DNA of 64,000 bases, from assembly GCF_009914755.1 (NCBI RefSeq), contig NC_060946.1. One strand, 5' to 3'. Within the stretch, counting starts at the first letter, position 1. Every line of letters begins with the position of its first letter. The DNA is from the human T2T-CHM13v2.0 reference genome, Homo sapiens. This document shows positions 42,700 to 63,545 of this stretch, piece by piece. Both the position numbers and the translations under genes were made by a program. A model generated the notes under the pieces. The model was given only the letters and a program-made list of their open reading frames with translations, was not told the DNA's origin and searched no databases.

Positions 42700-44853
42700 C
42701 AGGTGAGGATGGGGATGCTCAGTTAGGTTTCAGCGAGGTGTCAGGACCTCATGATGGGTGAGATATAGAAAGGGGCCCTGCCAGTGGGTTGCATCAGAAA
42801 GGACAGATGGGCAAGAAAGGATGTGAAGTGGGGAGTTGTGAGGGCACAGCTCTGCTGGCTCTGGAGGTGGTGTGTGGCTTGTGGAAAGGAGGCCTCATGG
42901 TAGTGCTGACCCCATTTATGTCTTCCCACACCGAGTTGTCACTGTTACTTGGTGTGACTCACTGTGAAGCGGTACCTTCTGCCATGCAAACCTAACATGA
43001 CAGAGCCTCTGGCCACTTGCTTTTGGCCTAAGGTGGTGAGAATTCTACTTGGTGTCTTAAAATGATGGCAGTAATACGTATGGAAGCCCCTGCCCATCCT
43101 GGCACATGGTAGCTGCTCATTAGTAGTAGGATCCTTTCTATCTCCTCCAGTATAAATCTGGCTCCTTATAGGAATGCACATTATTTTACAAACAGACCTG
43201 TTGGGGAAGTGACGTTTTACTGCCATAATTTGCACAGAGGCCAGGAAGAACGGTTTCAAGGAGTCAACCTGTCAAGGCAACCATGGGCCCGTGGGCATGG
43301 GACAAGTCCAGTCCTTGGAGCCAAATGAGACCTAGGGGAGACATGGAAGAAGTCACCTCAGCTCCCTCATTGGAGGAGTGATGCTCCTCTGCAGCTTGGA
43401 ATAAGGGGAAAGTGGGAAGCCCGTGGCCCACGGAAGGGTGCTTAATCAATGGTAGCAAGGAAGATAATCATTGGCCATATCATTGTACAGATGGGGAAAC
43501 TGAGGCTCAAGGAAGAGAGATGACTTTTTCAAGATCACACAGGCAGGAGTGGGGCCAGAGCCTGCACCCCCAGCATTTAACCGCGTGTTGGTTGAATGGA
43601 TGGTCAAGGGGAAGGCTATGGCCTGGGGACCCGCTGAACTCTTGAGGGGCCTGGCCTGAGTGAAGGCCACAGTGGGTGGGGCTGGGGACTCACTTTCTGG
43701 GGCAGAACCTCCGAGCCTGGGGAATACAGAGAGGTGATCTGGGGGGATTCCTTGTCATTAGAAAGAGGCTAAATGCCAGATGGAGGTCTCGAATCTTTCA
43801 ATGCTTTTGAGGCAGAGTGAAGAACAGTAAATGGTAAAAGAAGACAGAATTTGTCTTTTCCGTTAGGCAGAAAATCTGGCCAACAGTGTCTGTCAGTCAC
43901 TCACTCTGTCCCAGCAGCTGCGTAGGGCACATAGTGTCCACAGCCAGGTGACAGGCACCCAGCCCAGAGGGGCTGGGAGTAGCAGAGCCCAGCTCACCTC
44001 ATCCCCAGGCCAGCATCCCTCTGACCCTGCACGCTGATCCCTTCCCATGAAGGAGAGGACTGGCATGGCCCTGGCTGCCCACACTCAGAGTCCAGGAGGC
44101 GCTGGCCATGCCAAGTAGAGAAGATTGAGAATATGCACAGAGCTTGAGGCATGCAGGAGTCCATGAGCTCTGAGGAAAGGCATTGCGAGTGGGCAGGGAT
44201 CCCAGCAGAGGGCCCGACGTGGGCAAGCAGCTAAGGGGTGGATTGGGGGCACTGTATGTAAGAGTGTCCCAGGTAGGGGGAGCAGCATGTCGGAGGTGCC
44301 AGGAGGGCAGCACACCTGTGTGCATGTGAGTGTCACTGTGTGAAGGGCAGGCCTACAGGTAGAGAGGGCGAGAGCTCAAGGAAGGAGGAGAGGAGACGGG
44401 GGAGAGGTGGGCAGAGCAGGCTTCCCCCAGTGCTTGTATTGGCTATGCAGAAGTCCCCCTCAGCAAACAGGCTTCATGCCAACCCTGAGCCCCTAGGTAG
44501 CGAGGGGGCAGTTGTGCTGGACTGGAAGGGCCTGGAGGGAAAAGAGGGTCATGATGGGGCAGTGCAGCAGAGAAGAGGAGACCCTCGTGGGCCAAGCACC
44601 AGCCCTGTGCGCTTGTGGCTGTTCACTGTGCCACAGCATGCCCAGTGACAGTGAGGAAGGCATTGACAGTGTGGAGGCGATGGGGCTGGGACAGGCCCAG
44701 GCTCCCCCAGCCAGGCAGTCAAGGTTCTTTGCCACTGGTAGCCCCAAGGAGCCTGGAGAACATAGCGTGCTCTCCAGGGAGCTGGTTCATTTGGCGTTCA
44801 CGGGTTGGCGTGCAGGGCTGCTGTGGGCTCACTTGGCACCTCGCGTGGATTAG

Positions 44854-45227
<374 letters not shown>

Positions 45228-47796
45228 CTTACCTCTACTTATTTGTAAACTGTTGTAATAGTTTAAAATTGTTCTGATTTGTCAGAACGAGACTCTTCCA
45301 TTTGCTGGATTTGCATTGTAATAAAAATAAATCTATAGTGTCTGTTGTGAATGGCACTTCCTAGGGCTGTGCAATGTACAACCTGCTCAACCATATGCAA
45401 CAGCCCTGTTAATAAAAACAATTATTAGTAATAATATTTGACTGGTCCTGAAGGTAGCACAATGACCTCTGTTGCCTCTGGGCAAAGAGAGGGCTGCTTA
45501 GGTGCCAGGCTAAGACAGGTGACCCGACGGGGGCCAAAGTGGGAGCAGGGCTTGGGAGACTTCAGTGAAAAGATCTCAAGGTGGCTAGTGAAATGGAGAG
45601 AGGGGCCTGAGTCTGGATGCATGGGGTTGAGCTGGAGCTGGGACTGAGGGGTTTGCTGGATGTACATCTTCTTCTGACCTCATCAGGGAGTGTCCTGTAG
45701 GGCCCGGCCCTGCCCACTGCAGATTCATTCTCCTGGCATCTGGTTTTCCTATAAAGTGCCAGTCAGCTCAAACCAGCAGCAGCATCTGATCAAATAGATG
45801 AGCAATATGAATAAAAATGAAGTTATGGGCTTTGGGCTGCCAAAGATAAATTTCCTTTTATGTCCTGTTTCCCTGTGACGTGTGTGTTGAGTAATGATTC
45901 CTGACGCATATCTTCAGAAATAGTAGTTGCTCACACTGGGTGGTGTGTCAAGGCGGAAGGAGGCCACAGACTTGGGGAATGGAACCCCACCTGGACAGCG
46001 CCCTGGGGCTGCCTGCCGCATCCTGACCTGGCATGGCCATCAGCCTTTCGGCCATAGGTGGGGCTGGTTAGAGGACAAGTGTCTTTCCTGGTCAGGCCCA
46101 CTGGGTGCATCCCTCCACCGCGGATATTTTTACATTAGAAGCAGCATAGTTTGTACGGGACAGGGCCCCTGGAATGTGACTCTTAGTTCATTAACCATTT
46201 GGTAACTGCTCATCTGCCTGGCAAAATCCCTTCCCCAAATCCCACTCCTCACCTGTCCCCCAGCACACATGCTTTGTTTTTGGCCAGACTTTCTGAGATT
46301 CAGCAGGACCAATCTTCTGTGCCCTAGGCATTCATTATTTTTAAGGGTTATTTACTGTTTAGACAACAATTCCAGATGTTCAAGAGCATGGCGTTTCCAT
46401 AGCGCCATTATCCCTTTGCCACTGTTTTTAGGTCTCTATTTTTGGTCAATGTTTTTCCTTTATACAAACATCCTTTTAATATCATTGAGATCCAAAAAAA
46501 AAAAAATGTCATTTTCACATGGCTGTACATCATAAACACTTTCCCACGTTATCGCAGGCTTTGTGTTTATTCGTTGGAAGGCTGTGGAATGCCTTTTCCT
46601 TCTGTTAGACATTTAGGTTCTTCCCAGATCACTGTAGCCAACTGCTGCCTGAGCATCTTTGGCATGTAAAGTTTTTCCTTTGTGTTTCTTTCCGGGACAC
46701 ATTGCCAAGAATGCAATCGCTGAGTCAAAGGGTGTGAATGCTTCCCTCTAGCAGCCCCATCACCCTTGGCAAGAACGTTCTGGTTCATGATGCTTGGGGC
46801 GGGTGTGGACAACACCTTGCTGTAAGCTTCCCTACATTAGACTTCCATCATTCTGAGAGATTATTCTTTGGCCAGTATAATGTGCCTTGTTTTCACTTGC
46901 AATTGACTAACCAAAAAGCATGAAGTGTCCTTACTAGTTCAGTTATTATTTGTTGTTGCTCTTTGATGGCTCGTCAGCTGCACTGTCTCCTGCCATTGTG
47001 TGGAAAACCAACGGAAGGCATTCTAAACGAAGTTGGTTTATGTTGTACGTGGCTGGAACCCAAGCCAGACAGGACTTCTTGGGACCCTGGCACCGATCCA
47101 CTGTCCTTGGTGGTTGGGGTTCAGAGAAGTGGTCCCTGGAACTGTCATCCCCTAGCAAAACCTGCTTCTTGACTTGTGGGGCAAATGCAAAATGAAAATA
47201 TAGGGCCCCTTGCAAAAATTATTAAGAATTTCAAGACAGCTGAGAATTAAATCAAGGGTAGGGCCCTTCTGAATTGGGGGTGATGCTGGCACTGCCCCTG
47301 TTCTCTGGAGTTATCTAGTGGGAGGTGGCTCACTTGACTGTACTGAATCCACTCTTTAGCTTTCCCAAGGGACATTCCAGATGCAGAGGTCCCAATCCAG
47401 GCATGGGTGAGAGTCTGATGGGAGGCCACTTATGGCCACCAACAGCCCCCATCCTGCTGCTGTGATCAGCACTCAAAGTCAGCACCACAGGAGAACCTGT
47501 TAACCACCCTCTCTGATCTCCTTGGCCCAAAGTTAATTGCCTTCTCCCATGGCTGTTTCTGTGCCTACTTTGACCTCACCCTGACCCCTGGTAGCTCTTT
47601 CTGGTGATGATCTGACCTTTCTCCTCCTGCTCCTCTTTGCCTGCTTTGGCCAAGCAGAACAAGTGACCAGGAAGCATCTCACTGTCCTGGGACATTCTGG
47701 GCACTTTTTCCAGTATGAGCCTTCATCTTTGTTGTGCCTACTTCACTCCCACCATCCCTCTCTGCCCTTCTGCCCTTGCCCCCTTCTTACCAGCTC

Positions 47797-48200
<404 letters not shown>

Positions 48201-49789
48201 TAATTTAAGTGGCTGCAGATAGCCGCTCACAGTTGGAATCATTGTTTGGACTCATTCTTAATTGGAAATGCCAGGCTCTTTCTGTGATCACGGTCACGAT
48301 CTCCTTGAAGACAGCAGAGTTTCCTTGCGGGGTATTAACTTCTCAGGGGCCTCCGAAACATGCTGGCATTCTCAATGGACTAGATGGATTTCCACAGAAG
48401 GAAGGGGAGGTGACCCTGGTCTCAGGGCTGGGCAGTGGCGCACTGCAGGGGAGCTGGGGTGGAGTGCCCAGCTAGCCACAGCAGCAGGAGCTGCATTCCA
48501 GGAGTGTCTCCCTGTGAATTGCATAGAGTTTAAAGTTTTTAAAATGGCCCTTGGCTTGATTTAGTTCTTACTCTCATGGGAAATGTGGCCATAGATACTC
48601 GTGTTCTTTTTCCACATTTTTCAAAGTTTGATTCAGAAAGGTGTCAGTGCGCGAGTTCTCACATTGAGTTGAGAAGGATTCAGTCACCCATATGAAAGAA
48701 AATGTTATAGCCATAGAATCCTAGACTGTCACTGTCAGATGGGGTCTTAGAGATGATTTACCAAACCCCTATGGTACAGACAAGGAAACTGAGGCCTAGA
48801 AACACACAACTGTACAGCTAGGAAGGCATGGAGCCAGCCGTCCGCTGTTAGAGATTAGAGGACATAATCCCAAATCATCACCGTTTGGCTGTTAAAATAA
48901 TTCATGACTTTTTTTTCCTGGTTACCAAGATAGTTCATGCTCATTGTAGAAAATCCAATAGGAAAAAAAAGCATCTAAAAGAAATTTTAAAATAAGCGTA
49001 ATTCTGTTGCAGAGATAACCACAAATAATACTAGCTACTTACTGTGCATGGAGCTCCTGGGCCATACACCTACATGTGTAATTGAGCTCTGCTTGTCCCT
49101 TGACCTGTCACCCTGAACCTCAGCTGGTTTGAGGTCCCTCCCTTGATTTTGTAGGTGTGGCAGCTGAGACATTGACGCAGAATTTGCCTTGTCACACAGC
49201 CATAGTAAATGGACTCAAAGCCAGCCACTAGTCTCACCATATACCAGAACCAGGATTTAATAGCATTTTAAATTGTGTTGAGAATTGAAAACAGTATCTC
49301 ATTATTGAATGAGTGTATCTTTGCTAGAATTTCTATTGGGTTTGAATTTTTTTCTTCTAGTGTATTAACCTCTTGCAGGTCTGGGACTTCATCATCATAT
49401 GCCAGTTTTGTCTAGTGTTGCACCTAAACCATGGTGATATGATTATTGCAGTTGGAAAGTATGTTTTCTATAGTAGGGCAGATCTTCTCTTATCAGTGTT
49501 TTTTTACCAACACTTTGTTTTGCAAAATTTCAAACAGAAAAGTTGCAAGAACTGTATAATCAACACTTGTACACCCACCACATAGATTCTACCAATAACA
49601 TTTTACTATATTTACTTGATCACCATTTATCCTTCCATACATCCCTCTCTTTAACCATCAGTCCATTTTTTTTTTTGACATAGGGTCTTGCTCTGCTGCC
49701 CACGCTGGGGTGCAGTGGTGTGATCATAGCTCACTGCAGCCTCTAACTTCTAGGCTCAGGTGATCCTCCCACTTCAGCCTCCCAACTTT

Positions 49790-51130
49790 ATTCATTTTTA
49801 CTGCCATATAATATTCCAGTGTAGGAATATAGAACATCCACTCATCAGTTGATGGACATTTGGGTTATTTCTACTTTGGGGCTATTATAAATCTTCTATG
49901 AACTTTTCTATGAACACAAAAGCGCATAAACTTTTGTGTGGATGTATGTTTTCTTCACTCTTGGTTATATACCAAGGAGTGGGATTGCTAGGTAATATAG
50001 TTTAACTTTTGAGATACTGCTCAACTGTTTTTCATAGAGACTGCACCATTTTACATTATCACAAGGAATGTATTAGGATTCCAGTTCCTCTAAATCCTTG
50101 CTCTAACACATGCTACTTTCTGGGTTTTGTTTGTTTTTTAATCACTGTCATCCTGTTGGAAGTGAAGTAGTTATTTCATGGTGGTTTTGTTTTGCATTTC
50201 TCTAATAACTGATAATGTTGAACATCTTTTCATGTGCTTACTGGCCATTTGTATATTTTCTTTGAAGAAATGCCTATTTAAATCCTTTGCCTATTATCTA
50301 TTTGGGTTGTCTTTTTATTCTCGTATGAGTTATTTATATATTCTGGATACAAGTCCCTTATCAGATACATTTTCAGAAATATTTTCTCCTATTCTATGGA
50401 TTGTCTTTTCTTTTCTTTTCTTTTCTTTTTTTTTTCTTTTTTGAGATGGAGTCTCGCTTGGTCGCCCAGGCTGGAGTGCAGTGGCGTGATCTTGGCTCAC
50501 TGCAACCTCTGCCTCCTGGGTTCAAGTGATTCTCATTCCTCAGTCTCCTGAGCAGCTGAGAATACAGGCATGCACCACCACACCTGGCTAATTTTTGTAT
50601 TTTTAGTAGAAACAAGGTTTTACCATGTTGGTCAGGTGGTCTCGAACTTCTGACCTCAGGTGATCTGCCCACCTCGGCCTCCCAAAGTGCTGGGGTTACA
50701 CCATGCCTGGCCTGTCTTTCATTCTTGATAGTATCACTTGCAGCACAAAATTTTTAATTTTGATGTTTAATTTATCTATTTTTTTTGTTTTGTCATCTGT
50801 GCTTTTGTAATATCTAAGAAACCATTGTCTAATCCAAATTCAAGAAGATTTACTTCTGTGTTTTCTTCTAGGAATTTTATAGTTTTAGTTCTTGCATTTA
50901 GATCTATGATTCATTTTAATTTTTTTATATAGGGTAAGGTTGGGATCCAACTTCATTCTTTTGCATGCTATCCCAGCACCATTTGTTGAGAATATTTTTG
51001 TCTCCCCATTTAATTATCTTAGCACCCTTGTTGAAAATCAGTCAACCATAAATGTAAGGGTTAATTTCTGGATTTCTAGTTCTATTCCAGTGATCTATAT
51101 GTCTATCCTTATGCCAACACCACACTTTCA
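49790..51130 (-). mobile_element. Old L1M (L1MB-like) with an inserted Alu (50403-50713)
   Basis: CATCAGTTGATGGACATTTGGG and TTGCATTTCTCTAATAACTGATAATGTTGAACATCTTTTCATGTG. Confidence 0.85.
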
Positions 51131-51241
51131 ATAGACACTCTTAATTTGAATGTAGTTGAATTTATCAGTTTTTATAGATAGGACCTTTTATATTTCTGCC
51201 TGGAGACCATACTGGTATTTTCTAAAAATTTTCTCCTGAAA

Positions 51242-51626
51242 AGTTTTCAAGATTCACACTGAAGTCCTTAATGTATCCAGAATTGATTTCTGTATACATA
51301 TGTAAATGATACGAAATATGTAGTTACTTTTTTTTTTTTTTTTTTTAAGATACAAAGTCTCATTTTGTTGCCTGGAGTGCAGTGGCATGATCACGGCTCA
51401 TTGCAGCCTCGACCTCCCCTATCTCAAGTGATCCTCCCACCTCAGCCTCCCAAGTAGCTGGGACTACAGGCATGTGCCACCACACCTGGCTAAATTTTTT
51501 TTTTTCCTGTAAAGGTGGGGTTTCACTATGTTGCCCAGGCTGGTTTTGAACTCTTGGCCTCAAGTGCTCCTCCTGCCTTGGCCTTCCAAATGCTGGGATT
51601 ACAGGCATGAGCCACCATGCCCAGCC
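51242..51626 (+). repeat. Local direct duplication B, donor (complete antisense AluJ plus flank)
   Basis: Here the Alu continues to its natural 5' end (GATTACAGGCATGAGCCACCATGCCCAGCC). Confidence 0.95.
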
Positions 51627-52589
51627 ATTAATTGTATTTTTCTGATGTGGTCAACCAAGTAGCTCAGTGCTATTTATTGAGCAGTTTCTCTTCTCCCCTC
51701 TGATCCACTCTACCACTTCTGATGACTGTCAGAGTTCTACATATGCTTGGGTCTGTTTGGGGTGCTCGCTCTCATTTCACAGAACAATTTTTTCCCCTGC
51801 TTTAGTACCACAGTACCTTAAGTACTTTATAATACAGTTTGATATCTTGTAGTTCAAGTCCCCCTGCTCGCTTATCAGGGTGCTGTTATTCCTGTTTTAG
51901 AAATGGGAAAACAGGCTAGAGAGGTTATGTCCCAGGCCATAATGCTAATGACTGGCAGAGCCAGGCTTGTTTGAACTTGGGCAGGCCGACTTGCAGGCTC
52001 TACCCTTAGCCTCTGAATTCTGCTTCCCTTAATGGCAAGCACATACAAAGCTATTTGTTGTTGGTTCACATTTGCTCCACTGGCCAACAGTTGAAGACCT
52101 TTCCTCCTTCCTTTTCTTTGCCTGGCAAAAGGAAGACACATTTTCATTGTAACCCCCTGAATATAATGCTTAACCTTCTGCTGCTGCCAAACCGGAGATA
52201 TTTCGGGAAAGGTAATTCAAAGGTATTTACCACTAAGTTTATGTCTTTGGGCAAGCTTTCAGGCAAAGGTGCTGATGCAGGCGTGGTTCAGTGAAGAGCT
52301 GGTGGAGCGAGTGGGATGCAGCAGGGCAGGTAGCCCCAGGGTCAGCAGACACAGCAGGCAATTGGGAGAGGAGAGACTCCAGAAGCCCCAAGAGGTGATA
52401 ATCACTGGAGTTCTGGTTGATATTGGCCAGAAAGAAGGAGGCTTGGGGACTTAGTGGCTTTTAGGGACTGCTGCCTGTGTCCCCAGTGCCTTATGTAGTA
52501 GCTGGCACATGACAGGTTCTCCGTCAACTCTTGTTAAGTGGGTGAATGTGATTAAAGAACCAATTTAACAGATCAAAGATGATAAAAAG

Positions 52590-53055
<466 letters not shown>

Positions 53056-54402
53056 CTACCTAGCAGTGCTGTGCACTGGTTTATAGGTAGCTTGTGGCTT
53101 CCAAGAGTCTGCACTGTGTGAAGAAGAAACTATTGCAGAAGAAAAATGCCTCTACTTTTCTCTTGGTGCCTAGCTCAGAAGGAATGGAGTCCATTGTCAT
53201 TCCAAATGGCATTTCCTAGAATCTGGGTCACCCTGCAACTCCCTGAGCATGTGTGGCTCTGAGCCCTGCCCTCGTTTGCCAGCTGCTGAGGCTGCGATTG
53301 TGATGTGGTTCTAGGCAGGTTCGGGGTGAGCAAAGCCCAGGGTGCGACAGGGTGATGCAAGCCACAGGAGGAGTCAGGACCTAAGGCCGGGCTAAATCTT
53401 GATGCCAGCATTGTCTTGGTTGCTTCCTTTGCAGCCCTGAAGACTCTGCTTCTTACACATTGGTTGGGCATGTGAACCCTCTTTAGAATAATGTAGGTCT
53501 TCATTTTTCCAAGCTCACATGTGCTTTTTGTGAAAGAGCATCATCGTTATTTTTAGTGAATGCTTTGTATGTGCCAAAAACTATGCTGTGCTTTTTATGT
53601 ACATTGTCAAATTTAATTTCTTTTCAGCCCCGAGGTACATATTTTTTCTATTCTGATTTTAGAGAGGAAGAAACTAGACACAGTGAGATTAAGTCATTTG
53701 GTAAAGATAGCAGAACTGTGAGGTTCAGCAAACCAGAGCCCACCCTTTTAGGATCTAGACCTTGTCAGGATTCCTCGTGTGGCAGCAAGCTGTCCAATTT
53801 AGAGGGTCCCAGCAGCAGCTTCATGCACATCCCGAGCATGCAGCTGTGGCATGAAGGGGACTGGAAGGTTAAATGTGCTTCTCTTCCAACTTGTGTTCCA
53901 GTGTTTGGAGTCCCTGGGGATGTGATTGCATAATACTGTTAATTCCCTGAGGATAAGAACCAGGTCTGATTCATATCTATGAAATAATTGGAAAAATATA
54001 GGAAAATATGAGGAAATAAAAGTATATAAACCCACAAAACAAATACTTTAATGTACTTTTGTGTATTTCTTTTTCTTACGTTATTCCATTGGCTGGAACC
54101 TCCAGTACAATGTTAAATAGAAGTGATGACAGCAGAAATCCTTGCCATGGTCCTAGTCCTGGGGGAGAACATTCAGTCTTTCACCATTAACTACGATCTG
54201 CACTGTATGTTTTTTACAGATCTCTTATCAAGTTGAGCAAGTTCCCTTTTATTCCTAGTTTTCTGAGAGATTTTATGACGAAGAGATGTTTAATTTTGCC
54301 CAGTGCTTTTTTTTTCTGTGCCTATTAAAATTATTATCACTTGGATTTTTTTTCTTTAGTCTGTTAATATAGTGAATTATTTTGATTTTTATATTTTGGT
54401 CC

Positions 54403-55995
<1,593 letters not shown>

Positions 55996-55999
55996 CTTG

Positions 56000-56090
56000 T
56001 TCATTAGCTCTAGAATAGAGCTGGAAGATTGGCATTTCTAACAAGATCCCAGATGATGCTGGTCCAGTGATTACAATTTGAGAACCACTT
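56000..56090. mobile_element. MER5A-like hAT fragment (host site of the L1 insertion)
   Basis: GCATTTCTAACAAGATCCCAGATGATGCTGGTCC...TTTGAGAACCACT. Confidence 0.65.
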
Positions 56091-56419
56091 CATTAAAGAG
56101 ATGGGAGGGAGATGGGGTGGGGAGTGGTAAAATCTCAGTTAGCCACTTGAGTTCAGACTTAGCTCTGCCCCTTACCAGATGTGTACATGTAACATAGCCT
56201 CTCCAAACCTATGTCTTATCTGTAAGATGGGATTGATAATAAGGCAAGAAGTGAAAGAGTTGATATGGGGAAATAACTCAGAATAGTGTCTGGCACAAAG
56301 TAAATGCTTAATAAATCTTACCTATTTGTTCCTTTCTGTATGGTGGGTGGGAGGACTTAATGAGATAATTAATGTAAAGCCCTGGCACATACAAAGTGCT
56401 GCATACATGCTAGTTTTAG

Positions 56420-57147
<728 letters not shown>

Positions 57148-57512
57148 CAGTCATACCTCGGAGATATTGCAGATTCAGTTCCAGATAAAGCAATAAGTGC
57201 GTCACATGAATTTTTTGGTTTCCTGATGCATATTAAAGTTATGTTTATATTGTACTCTAGTAAGTGAGCAATAGCATTATGTCTAAAAAACAATGTATAT
57301 ATCTTCACTTAAAAATATTTTATTGTAGACCTGGCATGGTGGCTCACACCTCTCATTGCAGTGGTTTGGGAGGCTGAGGCAGAAGGATCAGGGGCCAAGA
57401 GTTTGAGACTAGTCCAGGCAACATAGTGAGAACTTGTCTGTACCAAAAACAACAAAAAAAAATAGCTGAGAGTTGTGGCATGCACCTGTAATCCTGACTA
57501 CTTGGGATTGAA

Positions 57513-57784
57513 CCACTGCATTCTAGCCTGGGTAATAGGGTGAGACTCTGTCTCAAACAATTTTTTTTTTTTGAGAGAGGGTCCTACTCTGTCACCCAGG
57601 CTGGAGTGCAGTGGAGAGGTCACAGCTCACTGGAGCCTTCACCTCCCTGGGCTCAGGTGATCTTCTTACCTCAACCTCCCGAGTAGCTGGGACCACAGGG
57701 GTGCACCAACATGCCCAGCTTACTTTTGTATTTTTTGTAGACACAGAGTTTTATCGTGTCACCCAGGCTGGTCTCGAACTCCTG
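57513..57784 (+). repeat. Local direct duplication C, inserted copy (tail-to-tail Alu junction) inside AluJ 57326-57925
   Basis: About 93% identical to 59440-59717, including the junction GTCTCAAACAATTTTT and private mutations (CACTGGAG, GGGACCACAGG, CAGCTTACTTTT, GTAGACACAGAG). Confidence 0.96.
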
Positions 57785-58288
57785 AAGTGGGAGTATCCCT
57801 TGAGCTCAGGAGTTTGAGGCTGCAGTGAACTATGAATGCAGCCAACTATGAACAATGCAATGAACCATCGCACTTCAGTCTGGGCGACAGAGCAAGGCCC
57901 TGTCTCAAAAACAAAACAAAACAAACCCTCTATTACTAACAACTTAACAATCATTGAGCCTTCAGCCAGTTTTTTTTCTTGGTGGAGGGCCTTGCCTTGA
58001 TGTTGATGGCTGGTGACTGATCAGCGTGGTGATTGCTGAAGGTTGGGGTGGTTGCAGCAATTTCTGAAAATAAGACAACACTGAAGTTTGCCACATCAGT
58101 CAACTCTCCCTTTCACAAACGATTTCTCTGTGCCATGTTTGATAGCATTTTATCCTCAGTAGAACTTCTTTCAAAATTGGAATCAATCCTCTCAAACCCT
58201 GCCACTGCTTTTTCAACTAAGTTGATGTAATATTCTGAATCCTTTGTTATCATTTCAACAGTGTTCACAGCATCTTCACCAGGATTAG

Positions 58289-58516
<228 letters not shown>

Positions 58517-58559
58517 TGAGCAGCTGGGATTACAGGAGTGTGCCACCACACCTGGCTAA

Positions 58560-58787
<228 letters not shown>

Positions 58788-59195
58788 TGAACCCCTCAAA
58801 GTCATCCTGGAGGGTTGGAATCAACTTCTTCCAAACTTCTGTTAATGTTGATATTTTGACCTCCTCCCATGAATCACCAATGTTCTTAATGGTGTCTAAG
58901 AGAGTGAATCATTTCCAGAGACCCCATTGGTGGCAAATTCGTAGACGCCCTGAAGCCAGGCTCCCACATTGTCCAGTATTTTGCAAGCTTCATTTGCCAA
59001 ACTGGCAGTGCTCCCAGGGACCCTGCTGGAAGCCACAGTACGTTTTCAGGAATCTTTCCCCCCCCGGCCCTTGAGCAATAGGTCCTGACAGTGGGCTTAA
59101 AATATTCCATAAGCCACACTATAAACAGGTGTGCTGTCATTCAGGCTTCATTGTTCCATTTATAGAGCATAGGCCGAATAAATTTAGAATAATTC

Positions 59196-59787
<592 letters not shown>

Positions 59788-60879
59788 CAAATTTAGCATA
59801 ATTCTTAAGGGCCCTAGGGTCTTTGGAATGGTAAATGAATATTAGCTTCAACTTAAAGTCACCAGCCGCATTGTCCCCTAAGAAGAGCCAACCTGTCCTT
59901 TGAAGTCAGGCGTTGACTTCTCCTCTGTAGCTATGAAAGCCCTAGATGACATCTTCTTCCAACAGAAGACTGTTTCATCTACATTGAAACCCTGTTGTGT
60001 AATGTAGCCACCTTCATCTATTATCTTAGCTAGATCTTTTGGATAACTTGCTGCAGTTTCTACATCAGCACTTACTGCTTCACCTTGCCCTTTTAGGTCA
60101 TGGAGATGGCTTATTTCCTTAAACCTCATGAACCAACCTCTACTAGCTTCAGATTTTTCTTCTGCAGTTTCCTCACCTCTGTCAGCCTCCATACAACTGA
60201 AGAGAGTTAAGGGCTTGCTCTGGATTAGGTATTGGCTTAAGGGAATGTCATGGCTGGTTTGATCCTCTATCCAGACCACTAAAACTTTCTATCAGCAATA
60301 AGACTGTTTCCCTTATCATTTATGTCTTAACTGGAGTAGCAATTTTAATTTCCTTCAAGAACATGTCCTTTGCATTCATAACTTGGCTAATTAGTGCAAG
60401 AGGCCTAGGTTTGGGCCTGTCTTAACTTTCAACATGAGTTCCTCACTAAGCTTACTGGTTTTTAGCTTTTGATTTAAAGTGAGAGCCATGCAACTCTTTC
60501 TTTCACCTGAACACTTTGAGGCCTTTGTATGGTTATTAATTGGCCTAATTTCAATAATGTTGTGTCTCAGGAAAGGGAGGCTCAAGAAGGAGAGAGATGG
60601 GGGAATGGCTGGTCAGTGGAACAGTCAGAACACATACAACATTTATTGATTAAGTCTGCCATCTTATATGGATGTGGTTTGTTGCACTCCAGCAATTACA
60701 GCTGTAACATCAAAGATCTCTGATAACAGATCATCATAACAGATATAATAATGAAAAAGTTTAGCCGGGTGCAGTGACTCACACCTGCAATCCCAGTACT
60801 CTGGGAGGCCAAGGTGGGCGGATCACCTGAGGTCAGGAGTTTACAGCCAGTATGGCCAACATGGTGAAACCCGTCTCTA

Positions 60880-61014
<135 letters not shown>

Positions 61015-61550
61015 CTACAAGAGTGAGACTGCATCTCAGAAATTAAATAAATAAATAAATAAATAAATTGTTATATTGTAAGAATTACCAAAATGTGACA
61101 CAGAGACATGAAGTGAGCCTATGATGTTGAAGAAATGGCACCAATAGACCTGCTCAATGCAGGGTTGCTACTGACCTTCAATTTGTTTAAAAAAAAAAAA
61201 GTGGGGGTGGGGGACGGCCAGGCACGGTGGCTCACACCTGTAATCCCAACACTTTGGGAGGCCGAGGTGAGCAGATCATGAGGTCAGGAGTTCGAGACCA
61301 GCCTGGTCAACATGGTGAAATCCCATCTCTACCAAAAATACAAAAATTAGCCAGGTGTGGTGGCACGTGCCTGTAATCCCAGCTACCTGGGAGGCTGAGG
61401 CAGAAGAATTGCTTGACCCAGGAGGTGGAGGTTGCAGTGAGCTGAGATCGTGCCACTGCACTCCAGCCTGGGTGACAGAGTGAGACTCTCTCAAAAAAAA
61501 AAAAAAAAAAAAGGCAGTATTTGCAAAGCAGAATAAAAGAGGTATGCCTG

Positions 61551-63545
<1,995 letters not shown>

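Noticed and set aside
45990-47497. Additional RE1-like sites (GGACAGCGCC at ~45993; TCAGCACCACAGGAGA at ~47479)
   Set aside because: One is a half-site only; the other has non-canonical spacing with mismatches.
59878-60279. TIGD1-like ORF as a domesticated transposase gene
   Set aside because: Fragmented by stops, frameshifts, Alus and a deletion; an ordinary Tigger1 fossil.
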